This document shows positions 51,733 through 59,653 of a stretch of DNA of 64,000 nt, piece after piece. Source of the stretch: Paludibacteraceae bacterium. Its GTDB lineage: Bacteria > Bacteroidota > Bacteroidia > Bacteroidales > Paludibacteraceae. The position numbers were made by a program, and so were the translations under genes. The notes below the pieces were generated by a model, which ran no database searches, had not been told where the DNA came from, and worked only from the letters and a program-made list of their open reading frames with translations. The first letter of the stretch is position 1; every line of letters starts with the position of its first letter. The stretch is taken from contig JAGALP010000004.1 in NCBI GenBank assembly GCA_017625155.1, forward strand, positions 288,414 to 352,413, given 5' to 3'.

Positions 51733-53319
51733 CTACTCGTTTTCAACAAGGACAAGGCGCAAGCCGATATAATCATGTCTGTCTGCATGATTCGTCTTAC
51801 AGCGATACCCCACACGGCAGAATCTTGAGCCGTCGCCACTTGAAATCTTCCATCTGCCACCACGGGTTATACGGAATATGTTGTCTTCAGATTTAGGACC
51901 TATAGGGTCGGTCTTTGGATCTGCGGTATAGGTATAATAATAGTCATGGCACCATTCCTCGACATTACCACTCATGTCGTACAATCCCAATTCGTTCGGC
52001 TTTTTTCCTTTCACTGGTTGAGAGTAAGGTAAATCCTGTTCGCCTTTTATACTGTACCATGCCACATCGTTTGCTATATCGCTACCTGCAAAAATATATT
52101 CTTGCTTCATCTTATGCCCACCACGAGCAGCATACTCCCATTCTGCATTAGTAGGCAAACGGAAGGTTCTGCCGTTCAGTTGGTCTGCCAGTAGTTGATT
52201 CAGTTTAGTGACAAATTCTTGGCAATTGTCCCAATTTACCGAATCTACGGGATGTTGCTCATAACCATCACCATTGAATCCACTTGGATTGGTACCCATC
52301 ACTGCCTTCCACAACTCTTGCGTTACTTCGGTCTCGCCAATATGGTAATCGTATGTCAAGGTTACTTGGTGAGCAGGTTTATCATAGTTCGAATGTGTTA
52401 TGTCTAAATCGTCTTGGAAATCCTCTTGCTTTTGTGTTGCTCCCATCGTAAACGTACCCCCTTTTACCGCTATCATCCTAAACGATACCCCATTCGCGGT
52501 GAAGGATTTTATATTGACATCTTGCTCTGGCATAGCCACTGCAGAACCATCGAATGACACATTACCTGTTTTTTCAAATGTATTGAGAATGGTGGAGTTA
52601 TCCTCTGCATACACATCCACCCTAAAGCCAGAAGGCCAGTTGCCTTTAGGAACAACGATATAGAATAAGGTGGAAGCATCTTCTGTGAGGGTAACGTCGG
52701 TGCATGTGAGGGTGTAGGTCTTGCTATCAGCAGGGTTGGTGAGAACAATCTTGCTCAAGGCATCTGAACCTTTCAGTTGCAAGCCCAATAGCGTGTGTTG
52801 TGGAACAAGGGTAAATCCTCCGTCGATCGTACCGTTTTCTGCTGTCATCTTCATAAGCCCCTTGCCAAAACCGTTTTCTACATAGGTTTGGTTGCTGAGG
52901 TCGGGCTCTTCAACGGGGTATTGTACGCTGAAGTCGGTTCCGTCAGCAGGCATGATGCCCTTGAATGTGGCTTGTGCTGTACCAGCGCCACTTTGCAACG
53001 TAAACTCCGCGGTCTTGTCGCCTACTTTTACGAGAATCACATCGTCTGCGTCCCAAGTGAGGTTGATTGTTGTGCCTTCATCTATGCCCGACACGCGTTG
53101 TTTGCCTGGGAGTTGTTGTGCGCCGTTATTGCCTGCGTTAGGCATTTGGGCGGAAATGGTTACTTCCTGACCTGCCTTGAAAGGTGTGCCTATTTCTGGT
53201 GCCACCATACTTATGCTATCCACCTTGATGACATTGCCATCACTACAATAAATATAAAACTGTGCTGAAGCACTAATTGTCATCATCAAGGCGATGACTG
53301 CCATAAAAAGCTTTTTCAT
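51733..53319 (-). CDS. secreted protein with N-terminal beta-rich domains and C-terminal formylglycine-generating-enzyme (SUMF1/FGE-sulfatase) domain
   Basis: Signal peptide; ..FRMIAVKGGTFTMGAT.., ..HQVTL..Y.IGETEVTQELW.., ..FRLPTNAEWEYAARGG.., ..LYDMSGNVEEWC.., ..RGG.W.. FGE-family motifs. Confidence 0.8.
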   Translation of the reverse strand: MKKLFMAVIALMMTISASAQFYIYCSDGNVIKVDSISMVAPEIGTPFKAGQEVTISAQMPNAGNNGAQQLPGKQRVSGIDEGTTINLTWDADDVILVKVGDKTAEFTLQSGAGTAQATFKGIMPADGTDFSVQYPVEEPDLSNQTYVENGFGKGLMKMTAENGTIDGGFTLVPQHTLLGLQLKGSDALSKIVLTNPADSKTYTLTCTDVTLTEDASTLFYIVVPKGNWPSGFRVDVYAEDNSTILNTFEKTGNVSFDGSAVAMPEQDVNIKSFTANGVSFRMIAVKGGTFTMGATQKQEDFQDDLDITHSNYDKPAHQVTLTYDYHIGETEVTQELWKAVMGTNPSGFNGDGYEQHPVDSVNWDNCQEFVTKLNQLLADQLNGRTFRLPTNAEWEYAARGGHKMKQEYIFAGSDIANDVAWYSIKGEQDLPYSQPVKGKKPNELGLYDMSGNVEEWCHDYYYTYTADPKTDPIGPKSEDNIFRITRGGRWKISSGDGSRFCRVGYRCKTNHADRHDYIGLRLVLVENE

Positions 53320-53327
53320 ATTGTTGA

Positions 53328-53729
53328 TTATTTTAATAAGTTACCTAACACATCGTACCAAACTTGTTTACCATCAGGCATCATGGTACGGATAAATAAT
53401 TTACCATTAAACAAAACTTTGTCTGTTGTGGCTTTGTCCAAAGACGATACTTCTTCCAGAGAGGTTGTCGTATTATCTTTCTCCACCATGGCGAAAGTGA
53501 TACAGCGAACACCCGTCACTTCTGCCTCGGGCACACTCACAGCAAGACTCCCCTTGCTGCATAACACACTGAAGTCCGTTACCGAAGTGTAGTCCAATCG
53601 CACCACTTGCTCCGTACCATCTGTCATTTGCACCACCATCGCGGGGACAAGTTCGGCATCCTGAGCAAAAACGGGCATGCTTACACTACATAAGAATAGA
53701 CTTAGTAGAGATAAGAATAACTTTTTCAT
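53328..53729 (-). CDS. small secreted protein with C-terminal sorting-like motif
   Basis: Signal peptide ..SMPVFAQD; C-terminus ..KVLFNGKLFIRTMMPDGKQVWYDVLGNLLK. Confidence 0.5.
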   Translation of the reverse strand: MKKLFLSLLSLFLCSVSMPVFAQDAELVPAMVVQMTDGTEQVVRLDYTSVTDFSVLCSKGSLAVSVPEAEVTGVRCITFAMVEKDNTTTSLEEVSSLDKATTDKVLFNGKLFIRTMMPDGKQVWYDVLGNLLK

Positions 53730-53767
53730 ATTCGTTTTCTTAATTCAAAATTCTTAATTCCAAATTA

Positions 53768-53908
53768 TCACCAAGTTCCAGTTGATTTGCCAATGGATTC
53801 GAGATTGCCTTTTGGAGAGATGTAACTTGGTCCACCTCCAGATGCACAGAGGATAGCGGTTTCTACTTGCAACACTTGTGTGTTGGGAGTTTGATACGTT
53901 TTTTTCAT
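53768..53908 (-). CDS. 46 aa small ORF (candidate leader/precursor peptide)
   Basis: Not in the ORF track: MKKTYQTPNTQVLQVETAILCASGGGPSYISPKGNLESIGKSTGTW. First ORF after the leader terminator; 38 nt upstream of the next gene. Confidence 0.4.
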   Translation of the reverse strand: MKKTYQTPNTQVLQVETAILCASGGGPSYISPKGNLESIGKSTGTW

Positions 53909-53953
53909 TGTTTTACAGTTGTTTTATGGGTTAATATTATTTTTGCTATACAT

Positions 53954-54002
53954 AAAAAAACACGCCATTATTGTCTTCACGAACATAGACAACAATGGTG
54001 TG
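53954..54002 (-). terminator. intrinsic terminator-like hairpin inside the 5' leader (candidate attenuator / riboswitch expression platform)
   Basis: Minus strand: CACACCATTGTTGTCT-ATGTTCGTGA-AGACAATAATGGCGTG followed by T7; 46 nt upstream of the small-ORF ATG. Confidence 0.6.
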
Positions 54003-54418
54003 TAACGTACATAGGCGCGCTTTGCGCCACGATAGCATATCGGCTGACTACCTCCCCCGCCAGGACTGTGTTCGTGTGTTACAGCACACATTTTCACGCT
54101 ATTATGCGCATGCCGAAAGCCCCTGCCAATCTCCATTGGCTGCTGCATTATGATGCTATGTGGGAAGTAGTTATACATAATACAAATAGTGTACAAAAAT
54201 TGTGCCAAAACCTGACGCAAGAATGCGAAGGAAGTACACAATAGGTACAAAGCGCCAGTTTAGTGTACGGCACAAAGTGCCTAGTGTTTATAGATTAGGG
54301 AGTCGGGACACGCTAGACGAGACACCGTCGAGCGTTGAATATGTAGCAACACCGTTAAGCACTGGATAGAACTGTATAATTAGTTATCGTGTTTTTTTTA
54401 GTCGCTCTTGATAAACAA

Positions 54419-54453
54419 CGCTACTCTTGCGTGAAGGTAGCGCAAGAGTAGCG
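54419..54453 (-). terminator. terminator hairpin, member of the CGCTACYCTTGCGCTACCTT family
   Basis: CGCTACTCTTGCG-(9 nt)-CGCAAGAGTAGCG, a perfect 13 bp stem; 35 nt after the stop of the 54488-55795 gene. Confidence 0.65.
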
Positions 54454-54487
54454 AAAAAAGTTATTACTATTTGTTGACTCTTAGGTC

Positions 54488-55795
54488 TTACAAGAGGACA
54501 TACTTATTTTTATCAGGATTAGCAATATCTTTTTGTACATGCCATATTTTTATTCGCGCATTGTCCCAACCGTTATTGTTGATTATGCGTAGTTTACGTA
54601 ATTCTACAGTTTGTTTTTTTGCTTTTTTATTGGTATCATAAACATTTTGGGCTGCTTGTTTGATATATGTAGCATAATCACGTGGCATAACTGCTTTTTT
54701 ATCTGCCAATCTCCACGAATCTTTTGTCTTAACAACATCAAATGTGAGTGTTTCTACTTGAACACTATAAGATTCGGATAGATATTGCTCCAAACTACAT
54801 GTTCGCTGCGTATTAGGTTCTGTTACTGTTGCGATTTTTAAGATGCCTTTGACCAATAAATCGGAAATCAACGAAGCTACCGTATCTTTCTCTCCATCTG
54901 GAACTTCTACATAAAATTCACTTTCAGGAGGAATGCTTACATACAATTTTGTTTTTTCCTCCAACTTTAACATATCGTTCAAGATCATTTGCGTGTAGCG
55001 TGATTCTTCCAAATCAAGGAATAACTTGTGAATTAAATTTGCTGCTTCAGGATTTTCCTTTGAGAGTTTTTGCGGTTTAAGATTACTTACAAACTGTTGA
55101 TATTTTCTTTCAAGTTCTGCTTTTCTTTCCGCTTCTGCATATGCTTCGTACTCTTGTTTTGATACTTCTTTTATTTCATTAGTAGATATGAAGTTTGCTA
55201 TTCGTTTTATGGTAGGTGTATCGTTATCCCATTTGCCAAACGAAGCAATCTCTCCATATTTTGTCCAGTATGAAAAGTCGGTAATAGTCTTAACTTTATT
55301 TAGCTTCACAACTGTGGACTTAGTCATTTTGACAGCTTTTTGTATCACACTTTTCCCTTTATTGTTTTTATACGAAACATATACCCATTCGGATTTACAT
55401 TCGTATTTATCTCCTTTGTTATATTCTATCCATGTATTTTGCTTTGAAGGTAATTTCAAAATGGTTATTCTGTCATTCCTTCTGCTTTCACCCAAGAAAT
55501 TTGAGTATAGTTGTCCTGTACTAATAACCGCATCGTCGGAAATATCATAAGCATATATTGTTATGGTACTTCCCATTGGATAACCATTTTGGTCGGTCAT
55601 ACGAAGTTTTTCTTGTATAACTCGTTCCCAACCACGAGAACTAACGATTATTTCTAACTCTTGAGGAAAATCTGACTCAGGAAGCCAAGTGTATTCTTGA
55701 GAATACTTAGGGTAGAAATAGTCGCTTACTTTTTCTTGTGCTTGAATAGCCAATGTAAGAATTGCACTAATGACTACAAATAGTATTTTTTTCAT
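54488..55795 (-). CDS. hypothetical secreted protein (low-GC islet)
   Basis: 435 aa; signal peptide ..LTLAIQAQE; central Lys/Glu-rich coiled segment; no recognisable enzyme motifs. About 30-38% GC against ~50% in the flanks, by eye. Confidence 0.6.
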   Translation of the reverse strand: MKKILFVVISAILTLAIQAQEKVSDYFYPKYSQEYTWLPESDFPQELEIIVSSRGWERVIQEKLRMTDQNGYPMGSTITIYAYDISDDAVISTGQLYSNFLGESRRNDRITILKLPSKQNTWIEYNKGDKYECKSEWVYVSYKNNKGKSVIQKAVKMTKSTVVKLNKVKTITDFSYWTKYGEIASFGKWDNDTPTIKRIANFISTNEIKEVSKQEYEAYAEAERKAELERKYQQFVSNLKPQKLSKENPEAANLIHKLFLDLEESRYTQMILNDMLKLEEKTKLYVSIPPESEFYVEVPDGEKDTVASLISDLLVKGILKIATVTEPNTQRTCSLEQYLSESYSVQVETLTFDVVKTKDSWRLADKKAVMPRDYATYIKQAAQNVYDTNKKAKKQTVELRKLRIINNNGWDNARIKIWHVQKDIANPDKNKYVLL

Positions 55796-55927
55796 GTTAT
55801 TTAAGAATTTAAATTGCCTACTCTTTGTCGGATTTTCGGCATACTCCGTGTTTTAAGTGTTTGATTTATTGTTTATTAATTGGATTTTATATACATACAA
55901 AAAGCGTGAACTTTCGTTCGCTTCAAT

Positions 55928-56063
55928 TTGATTCTTTGAGGTTCTCGACTACCTTATTTACTCAAATCTACGCACGGAAAACTCACGCTGTTAACGCGAG
56001 CGTGCATAAACCGTACTTGAGTAAATAAAGATTTTTGAAAGTGTCGAGTTTTCAAAGAATCAA
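55928..56063. repeat. 136 bp extended imperfect palindrome (three matched arm blocks plus nested central hairpin)
   Basis: TTGATTCTTTGA/TCAAAGAATCAA (55928-39 / 56052-63), CTCGAC/GTCGAG (55944-49 / 56043-48), TTATTTACTCAA/TTGAGTAAATAA (55954-65 / 56017-28). Confidence 0.85.
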
Positions 56064-56164
56064 GTCTGGGCTTATAACGCTATATTAAATATGTTGGGCA
56101 ACGGTATCGTTGCGGGATTAACTATAAACTATGAGTGATGAGTTATAAGTAATTTAGAGGGTAG

Positions 56165-56506
56165 TTATAAATTAATATCTAATAAATGTCCTATAAGTTG
56201 GTTATTTGCTAGATATACAATACTATATACTTCTTCTAATTCTTCATAAAAAGCATACCAAGTGGTATGTGCGTTTTTACGGTAGCGAACATAAAACAGT
56301 TGCTTGCCATCTACGCTATACCTATTGAAGTGTTCTGGTGCTTCAACAGAAACAGAGTTTTGCAGATTGAGCGCAAAATAGCGAAAGATATCACGCATAT
56401 AATCTACTGCGTAATCTTCGTCGCCAAAATATCGCTGCTCTACAAGTTTTGTAACACTTTCTTCAAATTGCAGAAGCACTTGTTCTGTATAAACAACTTC
56501 TTTCAT
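56165..56506 (-). CDS. putative RelE/ParE-like toxin
   Basis: 113 aa; N-terminal ..VVYTEQVLLQFEES.. and C-terminal ..WYAFYEELEEVYSIVYLANNQ.. resemble the ParE-fold pattern; ATGA-coupled to an upstream 45 aa ORF. Confidence 0.4.
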   Translation of the reverse strand: MKEVVYTEQVLLQFEESVTKLVEQRYFGDEDYAVDYMRDIFRYFALNLQNSVSVEAPEHFNRYSVDGKQLFYVRYRKNAHTTWYAFYEELEEVYSIVYLANNQLIGHLLDINL

Positions 56507-56640
56507 TTGAACATTGCGCGTATTCTTGGTTCAAGAAAAGCAACTGCCTCATCAGCAGTATAGTATTTCTTTTGTACATTGTTGACGCTTCCGCTCTCTG
56601 AGCCAAAAGGCATCTCTTGTGGGGTGCTTGAAGTTTTCAT
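56503..56640 (-). CDS. 45 aa ORF, putative antitoxin partner
   Basis: Not in the ORF track: MKTSSTPQEMPFGSESGSVNNVQKKYYTADEAVAFLEPRIRAMFK. Its stop overlaps the start of the 113 aa ORF (ATGA). Confidence 0.35.
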   Translation of the reverse strand: MKTSSTPQEMPFGSESGSVNNVQKKYYTADEAVAFLEPRIRAMFK

Positions 56641-56687
56641 CGCTGCTATTTTTATACAAAGATGAGTTTATTTTGACCTTTGCGGTG

Positions 56688-56695
56688 CAAAGGTA
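56688..56695 (-). promoter_or_regulatory. Bacteroidota -7 promoter box TACCTTTG
   Basis: 48 nt upstream of ATG 56640. Confidence 0.5.
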
Positions 56696-56718
56696 GTGCT
56701 TTTTTTTGATATATGCAA

Positions 56719-56745
56719 GAAAATGGCGAATTTTTCGCCATTTTC
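56719..56745 (-). terminator. terminator-like hairpin of the repeated terminator-promoter cassette
   Basis: GAAAATGGCGA-ATTTT-TCGCCATTTTC. Confidence 0.55.
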
Positions 56746-56754
56746 AGTTTAGAG

Positions 56755-56825
56755 GACGCTCGCGTGGCGAGCTACAGTTTAAGAGCACCCCAAAACGCCA
56801 CGAGCGTTTTCGGGGACCCCGCTGG
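56755..56825. repeat. copy 2 of the two-copy structured element
   Basis: AGAGCACCCCAAAACGC-CACGA-GCGTTTTCGGGGACCCCGCTGG; upstream 56757-56769 CGCTCGCGTGGCG is complementary to the hairpin centre. Confidence 0.7.
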
Positions 56826-56896
56826 ATAATAAACATAGCTGAAGATAAAGATGGTACTTCGGTGATAGCTGCTTGAAAATACGCTCATCATTCGGC

Positions 56897-56973
56897 GAGG
56901 TTCCGATGAGGTTCCGATGAGATTCCGATGAGGTTCCTATGGAGATAGGTGGCAAATAAGTGGCAGATAGGTG
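56897..56973. repeat. 7 x 11 bp phased tandem array (4 x GAGGTTCCGAT-type, then 3 x GSARATARGTG-type)
   Basis: Exact 11 bp register over 77 bp; ~110-185 bp upstream of the mgsA-mutAB -7 box. Confidence 0.9.
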
Positions 56974-57080
56974 GCATACAACGGGAAACAAAAGGAAATA
57001 GGAGAAGAGAAAAAGAGGCGAAATTTGACTTTATTACAAAAAAAATGCGCATTGCGCTTGCGTATGTGCGAAAAAAGTAG

Positions 57081-57088
57081 TACCTTTG
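57081..57088 (+). promoter_or_regulatory. Bacteroidota -7 promoter box TACCTTTG
   Basis: 126 nt upstream of mgsA ATG 57214. Confidence 0.5.
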
Positions 57089-57213
57089 TCGCGAAAATGT
57101 GCGTTTCGCGCTAATGGCAGGCGAATATGCGCGAAAAAACTGCTGAAAAACATGTTTTGAAGCTAAAAATCAAGAATTGAGAACAAAGACAAGGATTATA
57201 ACAAAGATTGATT

Positions 57214-57687
57214 ATGAAAAAATTGAATATCGCTTTGGTTGCTCATGATGCCAGAAAACAAGAATTGGTGAAATGGTGTACCTTTAATTCGTGTATTCTC
57301 AAACATCATAATTTATTTGCAACAGGTACAACCGGTAGTCTCCTTGCTGCTATTCCTGTAGATTCTGAAAACACCGAGTACCCCCTCAAAGATATTACTC
57401 TGCTGAAGTCTGGACCGCTGGGCGGAGATCAACAAATAGGTGCAATGATTGCCGAAGGGAAATTGGATGCGCTAATATTCTTTTGCGATAACCTCATTAC
57501 GCAAGGACACCAACAAGATGTGGGAGCACTAACACGATTGGCATCATTGTACAACATCGCATTTGCGACCAATCGCACAACAGCAGATATGATTATTACC
57601 TCTCCTCTCTTTGGCAACGAAGAGTATGAACGGATAATTCCTCTATCTATCAAATCATACGAAAATAGAAAATTAACATTAAAATAA
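57214..57687 (+). CDS. mgsA: methylglyoxal synthase
   Basis: ..IALVAHDARKQELV.., ..ATGTTG.., ..GPLGGDQQIGA.. MGS motifs. Confidence 0.9.
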   Translation: MKKLNIALVAHDARKQELVKWCTFNSCILKHHNLFATGTTGSLLAAIPVDSENTEYPLKDITLLKSGPLGGDQQIGAMIAEGKLDALIFFCDNLITQGHQQDVGALTRLASLYNIAFATNRTTADMIITSPLFGNEEYERIIPLSIKSYENRKLTLK

Positions 57688-57712
57688 ACATAATACTAAC
57701 TTTTCTAAAATC

Positions 57713-59602
57713 ATGGCAGAAGAAAAATTGAACATGTTAGCCGAGTTTCCCGCCATCTCTACCAAAGCATGGAAGGAGAAAATCGTAGCTGACCTCAAGG
57801 GCGCCGATTTCGACAAGAAACTCGTATGGCGCACCACAGAAGGCTTTAACGTACAGCCTTTCTACCGTCAAGAAGACCTCAAAGGTCTGAAAACTACTGT
57901 ATCTGCACCAGGTCAATTCCCTTACGTGCGTGGTACCAAAACCAACAACGAGTGGGCTATCCGCCAAAACATTTGCGCTTGCAAGAACGCTCGCAAAGCG
58001 AATGCAAAAGCGTTGGACGTCTTGAGCAAAGGTGTGAACTCGTTGGGCATCTGCTTGAACGCAGAGAAACTGACCTACCGCTACATCAAGACATTGCTTG
58101 AGGGTATCCAACTCGACAAAGTAGCACTGAACTTCAGCGTATGCGCTTGCAAAGCTCCTGCATTGGCAAACATCTTGGTTCGCCTCGTAGGACGCAGCGG
58201 ATATGACTTCAAAGCAGTGAAGGGTAGCATCAACGTGGACCCAATCAAGAACATGCTGCTCAAAGGCAAACCACTGAGCCGCGAGAAAGTAGCAGAGAAA
58301 ATCGTGGCTACCGTGAAAGCTGCTAAGACATTGGTGAACTTCCGCGTGGTAGGCGTGAACTCAGTAATCCTGAACAACTCAGGCGCATACTGCGCTCAAG
58401 AGTTGGCTTACGCATTGGCTTGGGGTGCTGAATACATGACCATGATGACTGAGGCTGGTTTGCCAAACTACTTGGCAGCTCGCGAGATCCGTTTCAACAT
58501 GGGTATTGGTGGTAACTACTTCATGGAGTTGGCTAAGTTCCGCGCTGCACGTCTGCTCTGGGCAAAGATCGTAGAGGCATACAAAGCTCCTATCTTCACT
58601 GCTGCATTGAAAGACGCTGCGAAGATGAATGTTTGCGCAGAAACAAGCCGCTTTAACATGACCATCTTTGATGCATATGTAAATATGCTTCGTACACAAA
58701 CAGAGACTATGTCTGCTGCATTGGCAGGTGTGGATGAGATTGTGGTTACTCCTTTCGACGCAACCTACGAGGTACCAACCGAGTTCGCAGAGCGTATCGC
58801 ACGCAACCAACAACTCCTACTCAAAGAGGAGTCACACTTCGACAAGGTGGTTGACCCAGCTGCTGGTTCATACTACATCGAGAACTTGACCAACGCTATC
58901 GCAGCTGAGGCATGGAAGCAATTCCTCGCTATCCAAGAGCAAGGCGGTATGTACGAGATGGTAGCCGCAGGTAAGGTACAAGAGGCAATGGCAGCTAACT
59001 TGAAGACTCGTTTGGCTGATGTGGCTAAACGCAAAGAGGTGTTGCTGGGTTCTAACCAATTCCCTAACTTCACCGAGAAGGCAGGCAAGAAGATCAAAGA
59101 GACAGGTTGTGGTTGCGGTTGCTGCAAGACCAAACCAGAAGGTGCTATCGCTACCTTGCCAGTGGCTCGCGCTGCTGAGGAGTTTGAGACCTTGCGTCTT
59201 GAGACTGAGGGTGCAAAGAAACAACCAGTGGCATTCATGTTGACCATCGGTAACTTGGCAATGCGTATTGCTCGTGCACAATTCTCTTGCAACTTCCTCG
59301 CATGCGCTGGTTACAAAGTAATCGACAACAATGGCTTCAAATCTGTGGCTGAGGGTATCAAGGCCGCTCGCAAAGCAAAAGCAGATATCATCGTACTCTG
59401 CTCAAGCGACGATGAGTATGCAACATACGCTCCACAAGCATGGTTGCAACTTGAGGATGCAAAAGAACTCTTTATCGTGGCTGGTGCTCCTGCTTGCATG
59501 GAAGACTTGCAAAAGATCGGTATCGAGAACTTTATCCACGTACGCGTGAACGTGCTCGAGACACTTAAGAAATTCAATGCTCAGTTGTTGAACAAGGAGT
59601 AA
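57713..59602 (+). CDS. mutA: methylmalonyl-CoA mutase small (beta) subunit
   Basis: 629 aa; ..PYVRGT.., ..ARNQQLLLKEE.., ..DPAAGSYYIE.. mutase-fold motifs; no DxHxxG B12 motif; lies upstream of mutB. Confidence 0.85.
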   Translation: MAEEKLNMLAEFPAISTKAWKEKIVADLKGADFDKKLVWRTTEGFNVQPFYRQEDLKGLKTTVSAPGQFPYVRGTKTNNEWAIRQNICACKNARKANAKALDVLSKGVNSLGICLNAEKLTYRYIKTLLEGIQLDKVALNFSVCACKAPALANILVRLVGRSGYDFKAVKGSINVDPIKNMLLKGKPLSREKVAEKIVATVKAAKTLVNFRVVGVNSVILNNSGAYCAQELAYALAWGAEYMTMMTEAGLPNYLAAREIRFNMGIGGNYFMELAKFRAARLLWAKIVEAYKAPIFTAALKDAAKMNVCAETSRFNMTIFDAYVNMLRTQTETMSAALAGVDEIVVTPFDATYEVPTEFAERIARNQQLLLKEESHFDKVVDPAAGSYYIENLTNAIAAEAWKQFLAIQEQGGMYEMVAAGKVQEAMAANLKTRLADVAKRKEVLLGSNQFPNFTEKAGKKIKETGCGCGCCKTKPEGAIATLPVARAAEEFETLRLETEGAKKQPVAFMLTIGNLAMRIARAQFSCNFLACAGYKVIDNNGFKSVAEGIKAARKAKADIIVLCSSDDEYATYAPQAWLQLEDAKELFIVAGAPACMEDLQKIGIENFIHVRVNVLETLKKFNAQLLNKE

Positions 59603-59653
59603 GGAACCAAGAACCAAGATAAATTACTAACGACTTAGAACTAGAAAAGGATA

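Noticed and set aside
53867-54250. ORFs 53867-54244(+) and 53924-54250(-) upstream of the small ORF
   Set aside because: They mirror each other across a hairpin-rich leader that ends in a terminator. Their composition is not protein-like (His/Cys/Thr-rich runs) and no -7 box is suitably placed.
55825-56563. Plus-strand ORFs 55825-56028 and 56267-56563 in the low-GC islet
   Set aside because: The first coincides with one arm of the 136 bp palindrome. The second is antisense to the ParE-like ORF. Both are AT-rich frames with no start context.
54250-57000. Calling the low-GC islet a defined mobile element (IS, MITE-bounded transposon or integrative element)
   Set aside because: No transposase, integrase or relaxase ORF is present. 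I found no terminal inverted repeats spanning the islet and no target-site duplication. Only compositional and repeat-boundary evidence exists, so it is reported as a finding, not a feature.
57089-57213. Riboswitch (for example B12) in the 126 nt mgsA-mutAB leader
   Set aside because: Only a short CGCGAAA..TTTCGCG hairpin is visible. None of the cobalamin core blocks (GGTG..AA.TCC, CCCGC, B12 box) are present.
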